A DNA stretch of 64,000 nucleotides from the human T2T-CHM13v2.0 reference genome, Homo sapiens: the NCBI RefSeq assembly GCF_009914755.1, contig NC_060945.1. One strand, written 5' to 3'. A model generated the notes under the pieces. That model worked only from the letters and a program-made list of their open reading frames with translations, did no database searches and was not told the DNA's origin. The translations under genes were made by a program, and so were the position numbers. Positions 1-13,744 of the stretch are shown piece by piece. Position 1 is the stretch's first letter; each line of letters opens with the position of its first letter.

Positions 1-379
1 TCTTTTTCAACTCATATTTCCTTGTGAAGCTCCTAACCATATGTGACCCACTTCTGCTAAATGTTCTCTGAAATGACTCCCTAGACACAGTTAGTCATTC
101 TCATACATCTGCCCCCAATGACCTTTATTTACACCATTATTTAAAATGAAAAAAAGACAGGAGGAAAGAAACTAGATGTTATCACCTTGAATTTTAGTGA
201 TTTTTTTCTTTATCTTTGAATCCCATACGTAGCAGAGTGTGAGCATGTGGTCAGTACCCTACAAATATTGTTGAGAATGTCTTGGAATCATATGGATCCC
301 AATAATCTCCTAGAAAATCTATGAACCATTTTAAAGGTAAAACAGCCCTGGTTCACAATGTTTCATAAATGTTTACAAT

Positions 380-610
380 AATAGCGAGTACTTCTGGAGT
401 GCTTAATTTCTGGCCACAGTTTATATTTTCTTGGTTAATCCTTGGCATACCCCTATGAGATATGCACCGTTACAGGCTCCATTCAACTGATAAGGACACT
501 TAGGTTCAGAGATGTTGAGTGATTTGTCCATGATCACACAGCTGTCAGAAGTGGAGCTGGGACTCCAACCCAGGGAGGACGTCTACAGAGCCTAGTTCAC
601 ACATCTCTGT
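380..610 (-). mobile_element. MIR SINE
   Basis: ACTGATAAGGACACTTAGGTTCAGAGATGTTGAGTGATTTGTCCATGATCACACAGCT resembles the MIR core in reverse; boundaries approximate. Confidence 0.75.
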
Positions 611-1270
611 TCTTCCATCCTTAAACCTTGTAGAATGCAGTGGAGGAGCAAGGCAAGCTGCGGGCCATGGGGATTCTTTATTCTGATTATCTGAAAAGAC
701 CAAAGAGTTTAGACTGCTCACTGGGCTTCCCTTCTCCCCACTGTCCATGGAGAACAATGTCAAGGTCAGCTTTAAATTTCACCACGTATGGTCTCATTGG
801 AACAACTGATGAGTAGAATAGTCCATTTATTGTCTTATTTGAGAACTCTGTAGAGATTAGTTTTATAACATTAGTAAAATACACCTCAACATTTTGACTT
901 TTTGCCTCAAAGATCATTTTAACAATTTGAGTCACTGTGATGGGAGTTTAATATTTTTAAGCAGCATATTGACAAGTGTTTCATACACAAAGAAGCCAAG
1001 ACAGAATTGAAGCTTACAGTGTCAGGGAGATAGTTTGCCTACTGTTAATATTTGTGTCACTGGGTTTGTAACTTTACATATGATCACAAACGTTATGTTA
1101 CATATTAACATAAACATCCTCAATATTCAAATCTATCTGTGTTTCATTTGCATGGTGTAAGAGTGATAGCATCTGTCACTTAAAGAGGTTGCCTAACAGT
1201 CTTTAATCCAAAATAGAAATGTGTGAGATTTTATCCTTTTCTTTGATGCTTTGTAATTATACAAGTTATA

Positions 1271-1320
1271 TTTTATCCAAGTTTATATCCATCAATTTTT
1301 ATCTAAGTTTATATCCATCA
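1271..1320. repeat. Two-copy tandem duplication, period 26
   Basis: TTTTATC(C/T)AAGTTTATATCCATCA occurs twice head to tail. Confidence 0.9.
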
Positions 1321-3249
1321 GGTACATCAAAATAAAAATATTTTAATTACCTCTTGAAATAATTTGTCCAAGTCAATAAGTGGCATGAATTACATCACTG
1401 AGGCCATAACAAGGATACACAAACATGGCAGAATCACACAGATTGTTTGTCTACACAAACAAGATGGTAGAATCCATCCTGTTACTGAGACTTTTCCAGA
1501 AAAGCCTATTATTTCTGCAAGCAGATGTGGTTTAATCTTATTTGAATGGTATTTTTGATATAACGTGCCTGGGAATTAGGTAATGAAATTGGCTGTGTGC
1601 ATTCATGTGTTCATTTGTTCAGGCATGTATAGAGCCTTCTGTAGTGAGCTTTATTCTGCAGGATAGACTATAATGGTACTTTCTTCATTGCTACAGTCTT
1701 GGCTTGCAATGCTTTTTTCTTGCTGACCTAAAACCCATCTCTAGACCTAAGGAAATTTATTTTCTAACACCTTGAGATAGTAATATGCTGTGTGTGGAGG
1801 AGATAAGATCATCACTTAAATAAAAGCTAACACTGAGACTTTCTCCTCCCTGGCCATCTGCACATTGGACAATACCTGACTCCAACCTAAAATAATCAAC
1901 TCCAGAGTTATACTTAATGCCTCTGGCAGGCCTGCCTATTGCCAGAGAGTTTTGGGCCTAGGAATAAAGGCAACAAGGATTGGCCATTTCTGGAGGTAGG
2001 AAGCAAATGGAAACTCATAATTTTCAGATGGCTCTGCATCTTTGGGGTAAGAACTGGATGTTTGGGGTGTTTTATAGACTATATTTATTTGTCCATCTAT
2101 AGCTCCCTACCCTCCATCTCCCTCTCTCTCTCTCTTCCTCTCACCCCTCCCATCTATTATTTATCTCATTTTAGGTCATTCTTAACATAGCTGTAGAAAA
2201 AGTAAACCTTCTGGTGTGTTTTAATTCTGGATCCCTCAGGGTGACCTTTGGTCTTTGGGAACTGTGGTTTATGCTGGTGCTGAGGGTGGCCATGCAGCTG
2301 TGGAGACAGGGAGGGATAGAGGGGGTGTAAATGCACTTTATCTTCATGGCACTCCATCTTGTGACTCCTGGCATGTCACAGTGTGTACTGCGGTCCCATG
2401 GACTCAACTGGGCTTTTATAAATAATTTGCATTGTTCATTTAGTTGCAGTTTAAACTACAATATATGGAGGTTTAAAGAAAAATCAAGTTACCACTGGGG
2501 TGTTTTGCTCTGTTTGCAAATAAACCTCTCTTCCTATATAGAGGAATATAAAAACTTAACCCAATAATATGATATAAAGAAAAAACTGTAGCCAATATGT
2601 TTGGGTTAGATTAAATAAACAAGTGTGCTTATTACACTTTTACTATTTTTTTTTTTGTGGTTTTATTATAAAGTAAGAAATCCCCTATCACAAATAATAC
2701 CTTATTTTTATAGACTCCTATCCTAGGGCTGTCAAAGAGCTTAATTCCAGGGATGAAACTTCATTCTCACAGGAATCACCTGGGGAAAATGTATATTTAG
2801 GCCTTTTAATCTCCATGTCTCAAAGCATAAAACTAGTGATGCCATAGATTAGCTCCTCCTTTCCCTGAAATGCAACATGCACTGTACATGCATGCGCTGT
2901 ACTGTAAAGGAGCATCACATGCATGTAGAGTGTGCAGGGAAGACAGGAAATGAAAATGCATCTCCCTGAGCTGTAGTTGGTTTAGGTAAGAGTTTATGGA
3001 AAATACGATTATTGACTGGTATGTATTTCAATGTGTGTTAGGTGGAGTTGCTCATGGACTCTTAGAGTTGAAGTGGAACAGACAGGTCTCCCAGCTCTCC
3101 AGCTCTGTTAAACAAGAGAAAGATGCTTGTGATGCCTCAGCTCAACTGTAATGAGGTCAACTCCTATCACTGCCGTTTCATCTCAGTGTTGATTCAGAAC
3201 GCTTCCAGTTAAGTCCAACGCCCAAATCATCCTCACAAATTCCGTTAAG

Positions 3250-5490
3250 CCACAGCTCCCTCATCTTACTCTACACCCCCTCAGAGGTTTATTCTCATTC
3301 CACCCACTCTTAATTTCCCGCGGTCCTCCCAGAACTTCGGTTCCTCCATTTGCTTTCAGTCCATCTGGATCCACCTGGCTTTACTTCCCTCTTTATCCAG
3401 CCCGGCCTCCTTGGTTGCCAGGGTTTGTCAGTTCTCACTGGTAATCTCTCTCCCTCCTTGTCTACTTGTCATTCAGAGCTGGCAAAATTCCACCTGGGAA
3501 CCCATACATCATTGGCCTTCTCCACTCTCAAGCCTGGGGGCTGAGCCCAGCTGGAGAAAATCACTAAGATCCTTCAACCAGTCCCACCAGGAAGCTCCCG
3601 CGGCTGTTCCAAGCTCTTGCCTCTCTCCCATGCTCTGCTTCACTGTCCTCCTGTCTCACAGCAGATTGTCCGGCCTCAGCTTCCTGCCTCAAATGCCCAG
3701 ATGAATGCATCTGTACCCAGACCCGTTTTTAATTCCTGCTCCTTATTTCCTCTCTCTCCTGCCAATCCCATCAGCCATGCTCTGACCTGCTTTCTCTCCT
3801 GCTTCCTCCAGACCTTGTTCCCTCAACCCTCTTCCCTCTCTGCAGTATCCTCATCTCCCTCTCTACTAGGCCTTCCCCTTAGCATAGAAGCACACTTACA
3901 TGTTTCCTCTGTGTACAAATAAACATAGCAATGAGTTTTAGAAAATGTTCCGTTCAACACGCTTTTCTTGACGTTCTCAATTTCATTGATTTCCAATTCC
4001 CCCAACTCCAGGCACACTCTCCTAGGGCCACACCCTGCATATTACCTGGAATTCTTCCTTCTCTGCCAGGATCCCTCTCACTGCCCATAATATTGTGTTA
4101 TCTTTTGTCATCATTCTGTGTGCCTACTACACCTGTTCTTTGATCTCTTAGGGGCTCCGATTGCTCCATTTCCTTGTTGCCTTCATTCCTATTGCTTAGT
4201 GGCCTGGATCTCATGGCTCTTGCCTTGAAGCCATGAAGCTCATGGCTTCAGCCTCTGTCTGTCTACATCTTCTTTCCCATTCTCATTTTTCCACCACACT
4301 CACTGGTAAACTCCATCCCTGGATTAATACAACCATCCACCCTTCCTACACCTGGACTACTGGTGAAGCTCACATACCATGAGGGTTGGTGCCCTATGCA
4401 GCTATAGCCTCCAGCTTGAACTGGAAGCTCAGCTATATCCCACTCTCCTTCCACAGGTCCCATAATACCTTCCTCTTCCATTCCCCTAAATCATTGTTTC
4501 TCTACAGTCTTCAAATCCCCCTTGGAACTATCTCTTCTCTTTCTTTTAGGGGGTGACAGGTCTTCTTAATACTCCAATTAATGAAAACTAACTCAAAGTA
4601 ACACCTTCAGTGCTCTGTCTCAAGCACTGGTTACAGATGCACCTACTCTCAGAGCCCTGAAATTTCCATGGAAAAAGTGATACCCACTTCTCACAGCTAA
4701 TGTTCCCACATGGACTCCAGATCCTATCCCCTACTTGCATCCTTCAGGGTCATGCCTTATTAATCATCTCATTATCTTTCATTTCTAGTAACTTTTGTTC
4801 TATTGCCTCTTCCCTCTAAGCACATATAATAACTATGTTTAAATCTCCATCCACAAACCAAATTAAAAATAAGAACAAAGCACAAAATTCATCCTTGATC
4901 TTATATCTTTCTATACTGTCCACTTTCTCTTTTGCTTCCATCACAGGCAAATTTTTGGAATTAATTAATGCTCTCCCTCATCTCATAAACCTTCTGGGGA
5001 CCTTGTTTCTGTTCCAGCATGCCACTCAAACTATCTTTAAATTACTGGGACTTTCCTATTCTCATGCACATTTGTTTCATGTTCTTCAACTTCTACAGGT
5101 GCTTTGTTGGGAGAAATTATCTCCTAGATTTCTATGATAGTTTACTCCAGGTTAACTCTTTCCTCCTCCCACCATTTCTTCTCATGATCTTCAACAGGTT
5201 TCTCTTCCTCTGCTTTTCTTTAAAGTGTTTCTCAATCCAAGAGCCCTATCGGAATCCTGCAAAACCTACCACTGAGTTCTCCTTGATGAAGTGTTTCCTA
5301 AATGAATCCCTTAACCAATTGAACTCTCTCATTTAGAGATACCCAATACTATGGAAATTTACCATCCTGATCATCATTTGTTCTTTGTATACTTTCCTTA
5401 TCTGGCCCATGAGTTCCTCATGAGCAGGGTCATGGCCCTATGTCTGGTTGTGGCTTACAGAGAAGACAGCCAGTCAGTACTTGTTTAATG
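3250..5490 (+). mobile_element. Degenerate L2 LINE fragments
   Basis: Pyrimidine-rich, with L2-like motifs GCTGGAGAAAATCAC (3550), CCCTGGATTAATACAACCATCC (4317) and an L2 3'-end-like segment near 5410-5490. Confidence 0.55.
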
Positions 5491-6729
5491 TAACCCAGTT
5501 GAGCTGTTATCCTTTCTCTCTGTTGTCTGTTTACATTATATATTAGCTGCCCTTACAGAAGATCTGTCCTGCCTTTGTTCTTTTACTTGACTCTCATTTT
5601 AGGTCTTAGCAAATTTTGCAAACTTCTTTGAAGCACAAAGATTCTCAACACTATTTCTTACTTGCATTTATGTTCATCTTCTTTCCTTTTTTTTTTTTTT
5701 TTTTTGTACAAGTGTTCTTACGTCTGACTTTACCAGAGAATTTCCTGTTTGGCTACCTCTTGAGATACTTCCCCATTTTCTTCCCAGTCGGGATTGTGCT
5801 ATGAACAAGGACCCTTCCCTCTCCAGACTTGTTTCATGCTCACGTCTTAGAATTCCACCAATCTTTGCTCTAAGCTTTTAGAGTTCTGCCTCCTCAAAAG
5901 GCGGTCACCCACCTGACAATACCCAGCTCACCCATGGTTGGCTGTGGGAGGCTCTAGAGTAACCTGCTCCTTTTATCTCCAGGGCCCCCGTCACTTCCTC
6001 CTTGGTTAGAATAGATCCAGAGAAGCAGCTCTGCCTCGCTTCCTCTTTGGACTGAAGTCGATTTCTAGCAGCTGTCCCTGTGGGCTCCCTGCACCCGGGC
6101 CCCTCCCTCTGCAGTCACCCAACCTCTCTGGCAGCATCTGTGCTGTTTGATCCATGCCTGGAAAACATCAGTGCTTCCTCCATCTGGATGGGTGGTCTCC
6201 AGCATCGTCCCACTCTCCCTCCCTCCTTTAATCTTCAACCAAACTCTCTGTGCACATTCTTCCATCATGGTCACACATTTCACTCCAGGTGTATATGGCT
6301 TTGACTGGCTTAGCTATTGATCCTATTTCTTTTGAACATGGCATTTCCTAGACCTTGGTGTTCTAGGCCAATTAAAAACCTGCTTCCTTATATCCTGGTG
6401 AGGGCAAATAATGGTGTTTACCTTCCTGCATTAATATCCAACATGCATTTTATTTGTTAACTATATTTTATCCCTACTCATTTGGTACATGAACATAATC
6501 ACTCATTCTGTGCCTCTTCAAGTTATTCCTGACTGTGAATTACTTGACACCACTAGTATTATTTTTCTCTGTAAACTTTCCCAATATTTATTTGATACTA
6601 CACATTTTGCAGAACAAAGCCTCGATTATTTTTATTCTTTATTTTTTAATTTTGACTTTTAAAGTTCCTTATTTTCTATTTATTATTCTATTGTTCTATA
6701 CAACAAAGTTAATTATTACTGTTAACTTT

Positions 6730-7166
6730 TTAAAAAAAAAACTTTTAAGTTCAAGGGTACAAGTGCAGGTTTGTTACATAGGTCAACTTGTGTCATAGGG
6801 GTTTGTTGTACAGATTATCTTATCACCCAATAGTTATTTTTCCTGATTGTCTCCCTCCTCCTACCTTCCAAACTCCAAAAGGCCCCATTGTGTGTTGTTT
6901 CTTTCTGTGTGTCCATGTGTCCTCATCACTTAACTCCCACTTATAAGTGAGAACTTGTGGTATTTGGTTTTCCATTCCTGTGTTAGTTTGCTAGGGATAA
7001 TGGCCTCCAGCTCTATCCATGTCCCTGCAAAGGACATGATCTTGTTCTCTTTTATGGCTGCGTAGTATTCCATCATGTATATGTACCATATTTTCTTTAT
7101 CCAGTCTATTATTTATGGACATTTAGGTTGATTCCATGTCTTTGCTATTGTGAATAGTGTTGCATA
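6730..7166 (-). mobile_element. L1PA (L1PA13-like) 3' end
   Basis: Reverse L1 3'UTR/ORF2 end: GTGCAGGTTTGTTACATAGG...TTGTACAGATTAT...CCCACTTATAAGTGAGAAC...TTTGCTATTGTGAATAGTG. Confidence 0.92.
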
Positions 7167-7272
7167 ACTTAGTTCAGCCATTGTGGAAGACAGTGTGACA
7201 TTTCCTCAAAGACTTAAAAACGGAAATACCATTCAACCCAGCAATCCCATTACTGGGTAAATACCTAAAGGG
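7167..7272 (+). mobile_element. Inverted 5' segment of the same L1 insertion
   Basis: TAGTTCAGCCATTGTGGAAGACAGTGTG...CCCAGCAATCCCATTACTGGGTA is sense L1 ORF2 directly abutting the antisense piece. Confidence 0.9.
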
Positions 7273-7939
7273 AGAACATTATTTTTTATTACTATTATTA
7301 TTTGACCATTTTGGGAGGTTATCTTCACGATTTATACATGATTTTCAGGAACCCCTATTTCAGTACAATAATTTATGATGCAGAAAATTAAATCCCATCC
7401 TGAGGATAATAGTAATAGTAGTATTAGTGGCAACAGCACTAGCAATAGTAGTAGTTATTCTATTAAATATCCAATACATATTTATTAAGCACCTATTATG
7501 GGCCAAGCACCCTGTTATATGTAGGGGAGAAAACAGTGGAATACATTCAAACTGTCCCTGACCCAGTGGAGTCTGCTGTCTCCTGAGGGGCTCACATATT
7601 CACATGAATAAAAATAAAAGTTAGACCTATGGTACAGGCATGGCAGAGGCTACTGGTCACCCCCCACTAACCCAATCCATCTGTAGATTTTTAGGGGTAG
7701 AACCTCTGAGGTAGCTGGACTCATGGCTGCTCAGCCAGAGACAGAGGCCATATCTCCCTCTTAACTGAGAGGGAGCATTCTATTTAATAAGCACTTCTAC
7801 TGCACTCCCTGACCGCTAGCCACTGTCCTAAGTCCTTTAAGCATACTAGCTCATCTTATCTTCTTGAGAACACTTTGAGGTAGACAGATGAGGAAACAAA
7901 GGAACAGAGAGGTTGAATATTTTAAGTCACACATCTCTT

Positions 7940-8280
<341 letters not shown>

Positions 8281-8426
8281 TAGCTTCAGAGTCAATGCTC
8301 CCTGTGTCTATGTATAGGCATAGATTTTTCAATATCATATGTGTGTGTGTACATACAACCTATATGTGTAAACACAAACCTGCAGACTGTGTGTATGTGT
8401 ACAGAGGTCACACCAGTCCTTCAATT

Positions 8427-8743
8427 AATTAATTTATTTATTTATTTTTGGAGACAGGGTCTTGCTCTGTCTCCCAGGCTGGAGTGCAGTGGTGCTATCT
8501 CGACTCACTGCAACCTCTGCCTCCAGGGTTCAAGCAAATTCTTGTGCTTCAGTGTCCTGAGTATCTGGGACTACAACCAGGCACCACCACGCCTGGCCAT
8601 TTTTTTTTTTTTTTTTTGTATTTTAATAGAGATGGGTCTTCACCATGTTGCTCAGCCTAGTCTCAAACTCCTGAGCTCAGGCAAGCCACCCGCCTCAGCC
8701 TCCCAAAGTGCTAGGATTACAGGCGTGAGCCACCGTGCCTGGT
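8427..8743 (-). mobile_element. AluJ-like
   Basis: Diverged full Alu (GAGACAGGGTCTTGCTCTG, CTCCTGAGCTCAGGC); TSD AGTCCTTCAATT at 8415-8426 and 8744-8755. Confidence 0.95.
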
Positions 8744-9119
8744 AGTCCTTCAATTTAATACTGCAAATTTAACCTTGCTTCACTGTACGGCATCAGCTCC
8801 TTGGACATCTACACGGACTGTGGACACCATTTGATCCAATGTATAGCTAGTTCTCCCCATGGCTATTCAACTATACGTGCCCCCAGTATTCAAAGGACAT
8901 TTGGAAACTCATCTGATATCTCCAAGTGCTGCTGCAAATAAGATCCTGATGCTGTTTTAGGCACCTGAGTAAAGTCAAAATCTAAGTACAACTATAACTA
9001 TGACAGTTTTAGAGAGATTCTTGGCTTACTGCTGTTGAGCCACTTACACAATTCTGCAGAGAATAAATGTAGGAGAGAGCAACCTCTTTCCTGCCACCTG
9101 ACCTTCACTTGGTGGTCAG

Positions 9120-9600
9120 TCGTGTGGAGCTGGACGTCACTGTCAGCTTCAGTGGAGTCCAACTGCTGACAGATAAGTGGGAGCACATGGCACGTGCGAG
9201 ATAAGAGCCTATAAGAGCCTGGCGGCCTGAAATAAATGGCAACAACAATGCTCTTCTAAGTGGTCTTCCGAGAAAGCCCTGTTATCATCAGCATTGTTCA
9301 CACTTAGTAACAACTTTCCTTGAATGGGGTTTTCAACATGTTTGTTCCTTTCAGTCTGAATTATCTGCCAGGGAAGAAACTCTTTCTAAAGTCCGTCAAC
9401 AGTTGTGAGATTGGGTTGAGGCTCTCAAAGGAGTTTCCGGCTGTTGTCAACACAGCAGGAAGGGGCAAGGATAAAGGGTGATTTAGGAGCCTGTGCCTGG
9501 GTAGGTCCTGCCAGAGCCAGCCCAGCCCAGCCCAGCCCAGCCCAGCCCAGCACAGCACAGCACAGCCCTGCCCAGTAGGTCACGCGAGCGCCATCAGCCA
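9120..9600. promoter_or_regulatory. Candidate enhancer (GATA/E-box/STAT/CRE-like/SOX motif cluster)
   Basis: Four WGATAA sites (9171, 9199, and reverse-strand 9282, 9361), E-boxes at 9160, 9184, 9191, GACGTCA 9133, TTCCGAGAA 9266, AACAATG 9244, several retained CpGs in unique sequence. Confidence 0.5.
9516..9575. repeat. (CCCAG)6(CACAG)3 pentanucleotide microsatellite
   Basis: Read directly at 9521-9565, with degenerate units on both sides. Confidence 0.97.
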
Positions 9601-9856
9601 AGGCTTTTGGAAAAACCTATGACAAGGTTTTCAGCTTTTCAGAGATGTGCCAGGACTAACACAGTGTTACTGGGGAGAAATTAAGAATGTATCCGACGTG
9701 TGATTCCCAACTTCATTTTCTGCCTACTCGCTTTAAACAGCCAGTATACAAGAGGCCACTCAGCCATGGAGAAAGTCCCTGAAAGTTCTACGAGATATTC
9801 TGATCTTAGTATATTGGGTTCTTAATCTGAACCATATTGAAAATTCCACCATGTAG

Positions 9857-10197
<341 letters not shown>

Positions 10198-10749
10198 CCA
10201 TCATAATTTTTCTGTAACTCCCCAGGTGACCAGTGCATCTGGCACAGTAATGCTCAATAAACAAGAGTTAAAGTGAACGGAAGATGCTAAATGCCACCGC
10301 CGATTGTCATCTACTGATGTATGTTTGAGAGAAATCTTACGGTGATTTCCCACAGCTGTCCTGGAGTCATATAAAGAGATATTTTGAGGGATTAATTCTA
10401 AATATTGGGAATGGAAAGAGAGAAAAGCTCTGAGAAAACTTCTTCATTTCGGTGATCAGGAGAAGATGTGTAAAGTATCATGACTTGCATTTTTACTCTC
10501 TGGACGAAGTTGTTTTCTTATTATTTTTTACTTTCATTTGTTCATTCACTCATTTACTGATCCACAGGCTTTGGAGTCAGACCTAGGGCTGTACCATCCT
10601 ACTGTGCAGCTATGGTGGGCCATTGGGCAAGTCTCTGGTATCTCTAAGCCTCAATATCCCACCAAATGTAAAACTAATTCATTCAGTCAAGAGATGCTTT
10701 TAAGCACCTCCTAGGTTTCAGGTGTGGAAGAGAGTGAGCAAGAGAGACA

Positions 10750-11500
10750 CAGGCCCTACTTTTGTGGAGCAACTGAACATGAAAGTATCAAATTAGAATA
10801 TAGGTTTGAAGAAATGTGGAATGATGCACACAGACACAACAAGACAGAAAATATGAAAGGGTGAATAAGAATGATAAGGACTAGTTAAAATTTCAAAACG
10901 AGAGACTAGAGAGAGAAGAAATGTTTGAGGATAAAAGGTTGATGATTTTTCAGGTATTAGGAAAGACAAAGGCCTTAGGTCCAGAGGGGACATTTGTCCC
11001 CTCTGGATCTGGAGATATTTGTATTATAGTGACATTACAAAATGCCAGAGATGATAAAAATAACTTAAAAGCAGCCCTAGAGAAATGACAGACATCAAAA
11101 GGAATAATAATCAGATCAACAGAAGTTTTGACAATAATGGATCCGCAAAGACGATAAAATTCTAAGAGAAAATAACTTTGCCAAGCCACTCTACCTTTCA
11201 AAAACAAGGTTGAACACATTTTCATATAATAAGATGTAAGGACTCTCACCTTGAAAAAAAATCCTCATGAAAGGAACTTCTAAAGGACATACTTCGGGGA
11301 AAAAGGACATAAATACAGAAGAAATATCTCAAACCTCAGATATGATCAAGAGTGTGAGCAAAGAAAAATTGGTAGCCACGTGGATAAATCCAAACATACT
11401 TTGACTGAATAAACCAATAGTCACATTAATAACAAATTATAGAATAGAAAACATTGTGGAACTAAAAACCTAACTAATTAAATAATGGTAATAGTTTAGG
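10750..11500 (+). mobile_element. Old L1M ORF1-region fragment
   Basis: A-rich degenerate L1-like sequence (AACTTAAAAGCAGCCCTAGAGAAATGACAGAC...ATCAGATCAACAGAAGTTT). Confidence 0.55.
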
Positions 11501-12706
11501 TGAGAGGAAGATGGCCTGTACTACAGGATGGACAACGAAGAAAGGACATTAGAAAGCATGTTAGAGCAAGTATTAATAAAACCTGGGAACTGGAGATGAA
11601 GGTAAAGAAGAGGGAGGATTCAGGGATGCTCAAAGTTCTTTTCTTGGGCAAATTAACTTCTCAAGACCTCAGGTTCCATATTAGAATAGTGAATGGACTG
11701 CACGAAATGACATAGAATTATTTTTATTCTGCTATATTAAGTGTTCAATATGTGCCAGCAATTATTACTTCCACAATATTGAGAGAGTGTTTTGTTTGTT
11801 CCCCATGGGTGAGACAAAGATGACCTGAACATGATCTAAGTGCTGAATAAGCTTAAAATGTGGTAAAAGAAATACATACACTACTAAGTCTATTTCAAGC
11901 CAGAGTGTGATCCACATGCCATCAGGGAAGAGCAAACGTTGTTTTGAAAAGCAAAGGAAGAGGAGATGATCCTGCAGTGAAATCCGGGGAAGATTTTCTG
12001 AAAATGTCAAATGGGGCCCTGAAGATTCTTTAGGATTTAAAAATACATAGTTCTTATTTTAATGGTAATATATACCTGTAGGAAATCTGAAAAATTAAAA
12101 TAGTATAAAAAAGAATGAAATTACTTCCAAATCCTATTATCCAGAAATAATCACAGACAACAGGCTACTAGGCATCTCATCAGACTTTTCAAACTCTGAT
12201 TCTCTGTTTCTATGAAATACCTTAACAGTGAATGTTGCATATAACATCATAAAATGTTATGCTTTTATAAAATTTTTAAAGCTCTAGAGGGTTCAATTGT
12301 ATGGATGTGTCATAGCGTAGTGAACCAATCCTGGATGATCAGACACTAATTTTGTTCCTAATCGTTTACTTTTGCCACGGTACTGACATGCACTTTGCAG
12401 TTTTACATACTAAGAATAGAAGAAAAATGAACAATCATGATAGGATGTCTCAGGCATAGAAATCAAGACAAATAGAGGTAGAGTGTGCTCAAGAACATTG
12501 GTTCTTTCCAGTTTCACCGAAATGAGAAGTTTGTGTACACGAATGTGTAGAAACTAGATAGGGGAATAGTAGATGAAACTAGAGCCCATCGTGATGGGTT
12601 CTGAATGAATGATGTGTTTGGACATGATTAGGAAAGTAACTGGGAAGTTGATGATCAGATGTGCAGTTGAGAAAGTTGTATGTAATTAAAAGCAATAGAC
12701 AGTGTA

Positions 12707-13725
12707 TGTCAGTTAAAAATGCTTTCTGCTGCAAGTAATAGTAAACACTTCAAAAAAGTGGCTAATAAAGAGTGTTTATATTTTTCATATAACCCAAATG
12801 GTGACAGCCAGCGGTGGCTGATTGGGTTCAGATGTTCAGTGATATCTACAGAAGGCGCCGGGTCTTCCTGATGCTATGCTCTGTGATGCTTAGAGCACAT
12901 TATTGGCTTTGTGCTTCCTGGCCACAGGATGACTGGTGTAGCTTCAGGCATCATGGCCTCAAATAAGAGCCAGAATCAGGGGTGTTGTTATGGCAGAGAA
13001 AAACCTGCTTGTGTCCCTCTCATCTTTAATCAGTACCTTAGTTTGCCAGGGTTGCCATAACAAAGTACCACAAACTGGTGGCTTAAAACAGCAGAAGTGT
13101 GTTCCCGAGGCTAGAAGTCGAAAAGCAAGGTTTTGGCAGGGCCACGCTCCTCTGAAGGCTCTAGGGAAGGATGCTTTCCTACATCTCTCCTAGCTTCAGG
13201 CGATTGCTGCAATCCTTGGCATCCCTTGGCTTGTAGCTGCATCACTCCAATTTCCGCCTCTGTCTTCACATGGTCTTCTTCCCTGTGTGTTTCCTCTGTG
13301 TCTCTGTATGTTCAAATCTACATCTTCTTACCCTTACAAAGATGCTAACCATTGGAATTAGGGTCCATGGTAATCTAGTATGACTTCATCTTAACTTGAT
13401 TAGATCTGCCAAGACCATATTTCCAAATAAGGCCACACTCCTAGGTGCCATGGATTAGGACTTGAACATACCATTGGGGGGGGGGTCAAAATTCAATCCA
13501 CTACAATTGGGGACCAAAAATTGTTCTCACAATTTCCTGGTAGGTGCTCCTTCATAGCTCATGGCCAGTTCTGAGTCACTACTCATCCCTAGGCCTGGGG
13601 TGTACCCACTTTCTATGGATATTATGAGCTCTCTAGTTGATACTTGACAAAAGTCAGAATTCAAACAAGGGAGAAAAAAGGAGGAGTAGAGAATGTTTGC
13701 TAAATGGGCTACAGGATCTGCCACA
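12707..13725 (-). mobile_element. Old MLT1 (K/L-like) LTR split by a younger MLT1
   Basis: TGTCAGTTAAAAATGCTTTCTGCTGCAAGTAATAG start; continues after 13505 to ...GGATCTGCCACA. Confidence 0.55.
13033..13505 (-). mobile_element. MLT1 (C/D-like) MaLR solo LTR
   Basis: GCCATAACAAAGTACCACAAACTGGTGGCTTAAAACAG...TTCCAAATAAGGCCACA...AATTCAATCCACTACA. Confidence 0.9.
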
Positions 13726-13744
13726 TAGAGGGACAACTTAGAAA

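Noticed and set aside
9516-9575. CRISPR-like or true Ig switch array
   Set aside because: Only about 60 bp of pentamers, no spacers, no cas or immunoglobulin genes.
9583-9603. CTCF site (reverse GATGGCGC)
   Set aside because: Only the right half of the core matches.
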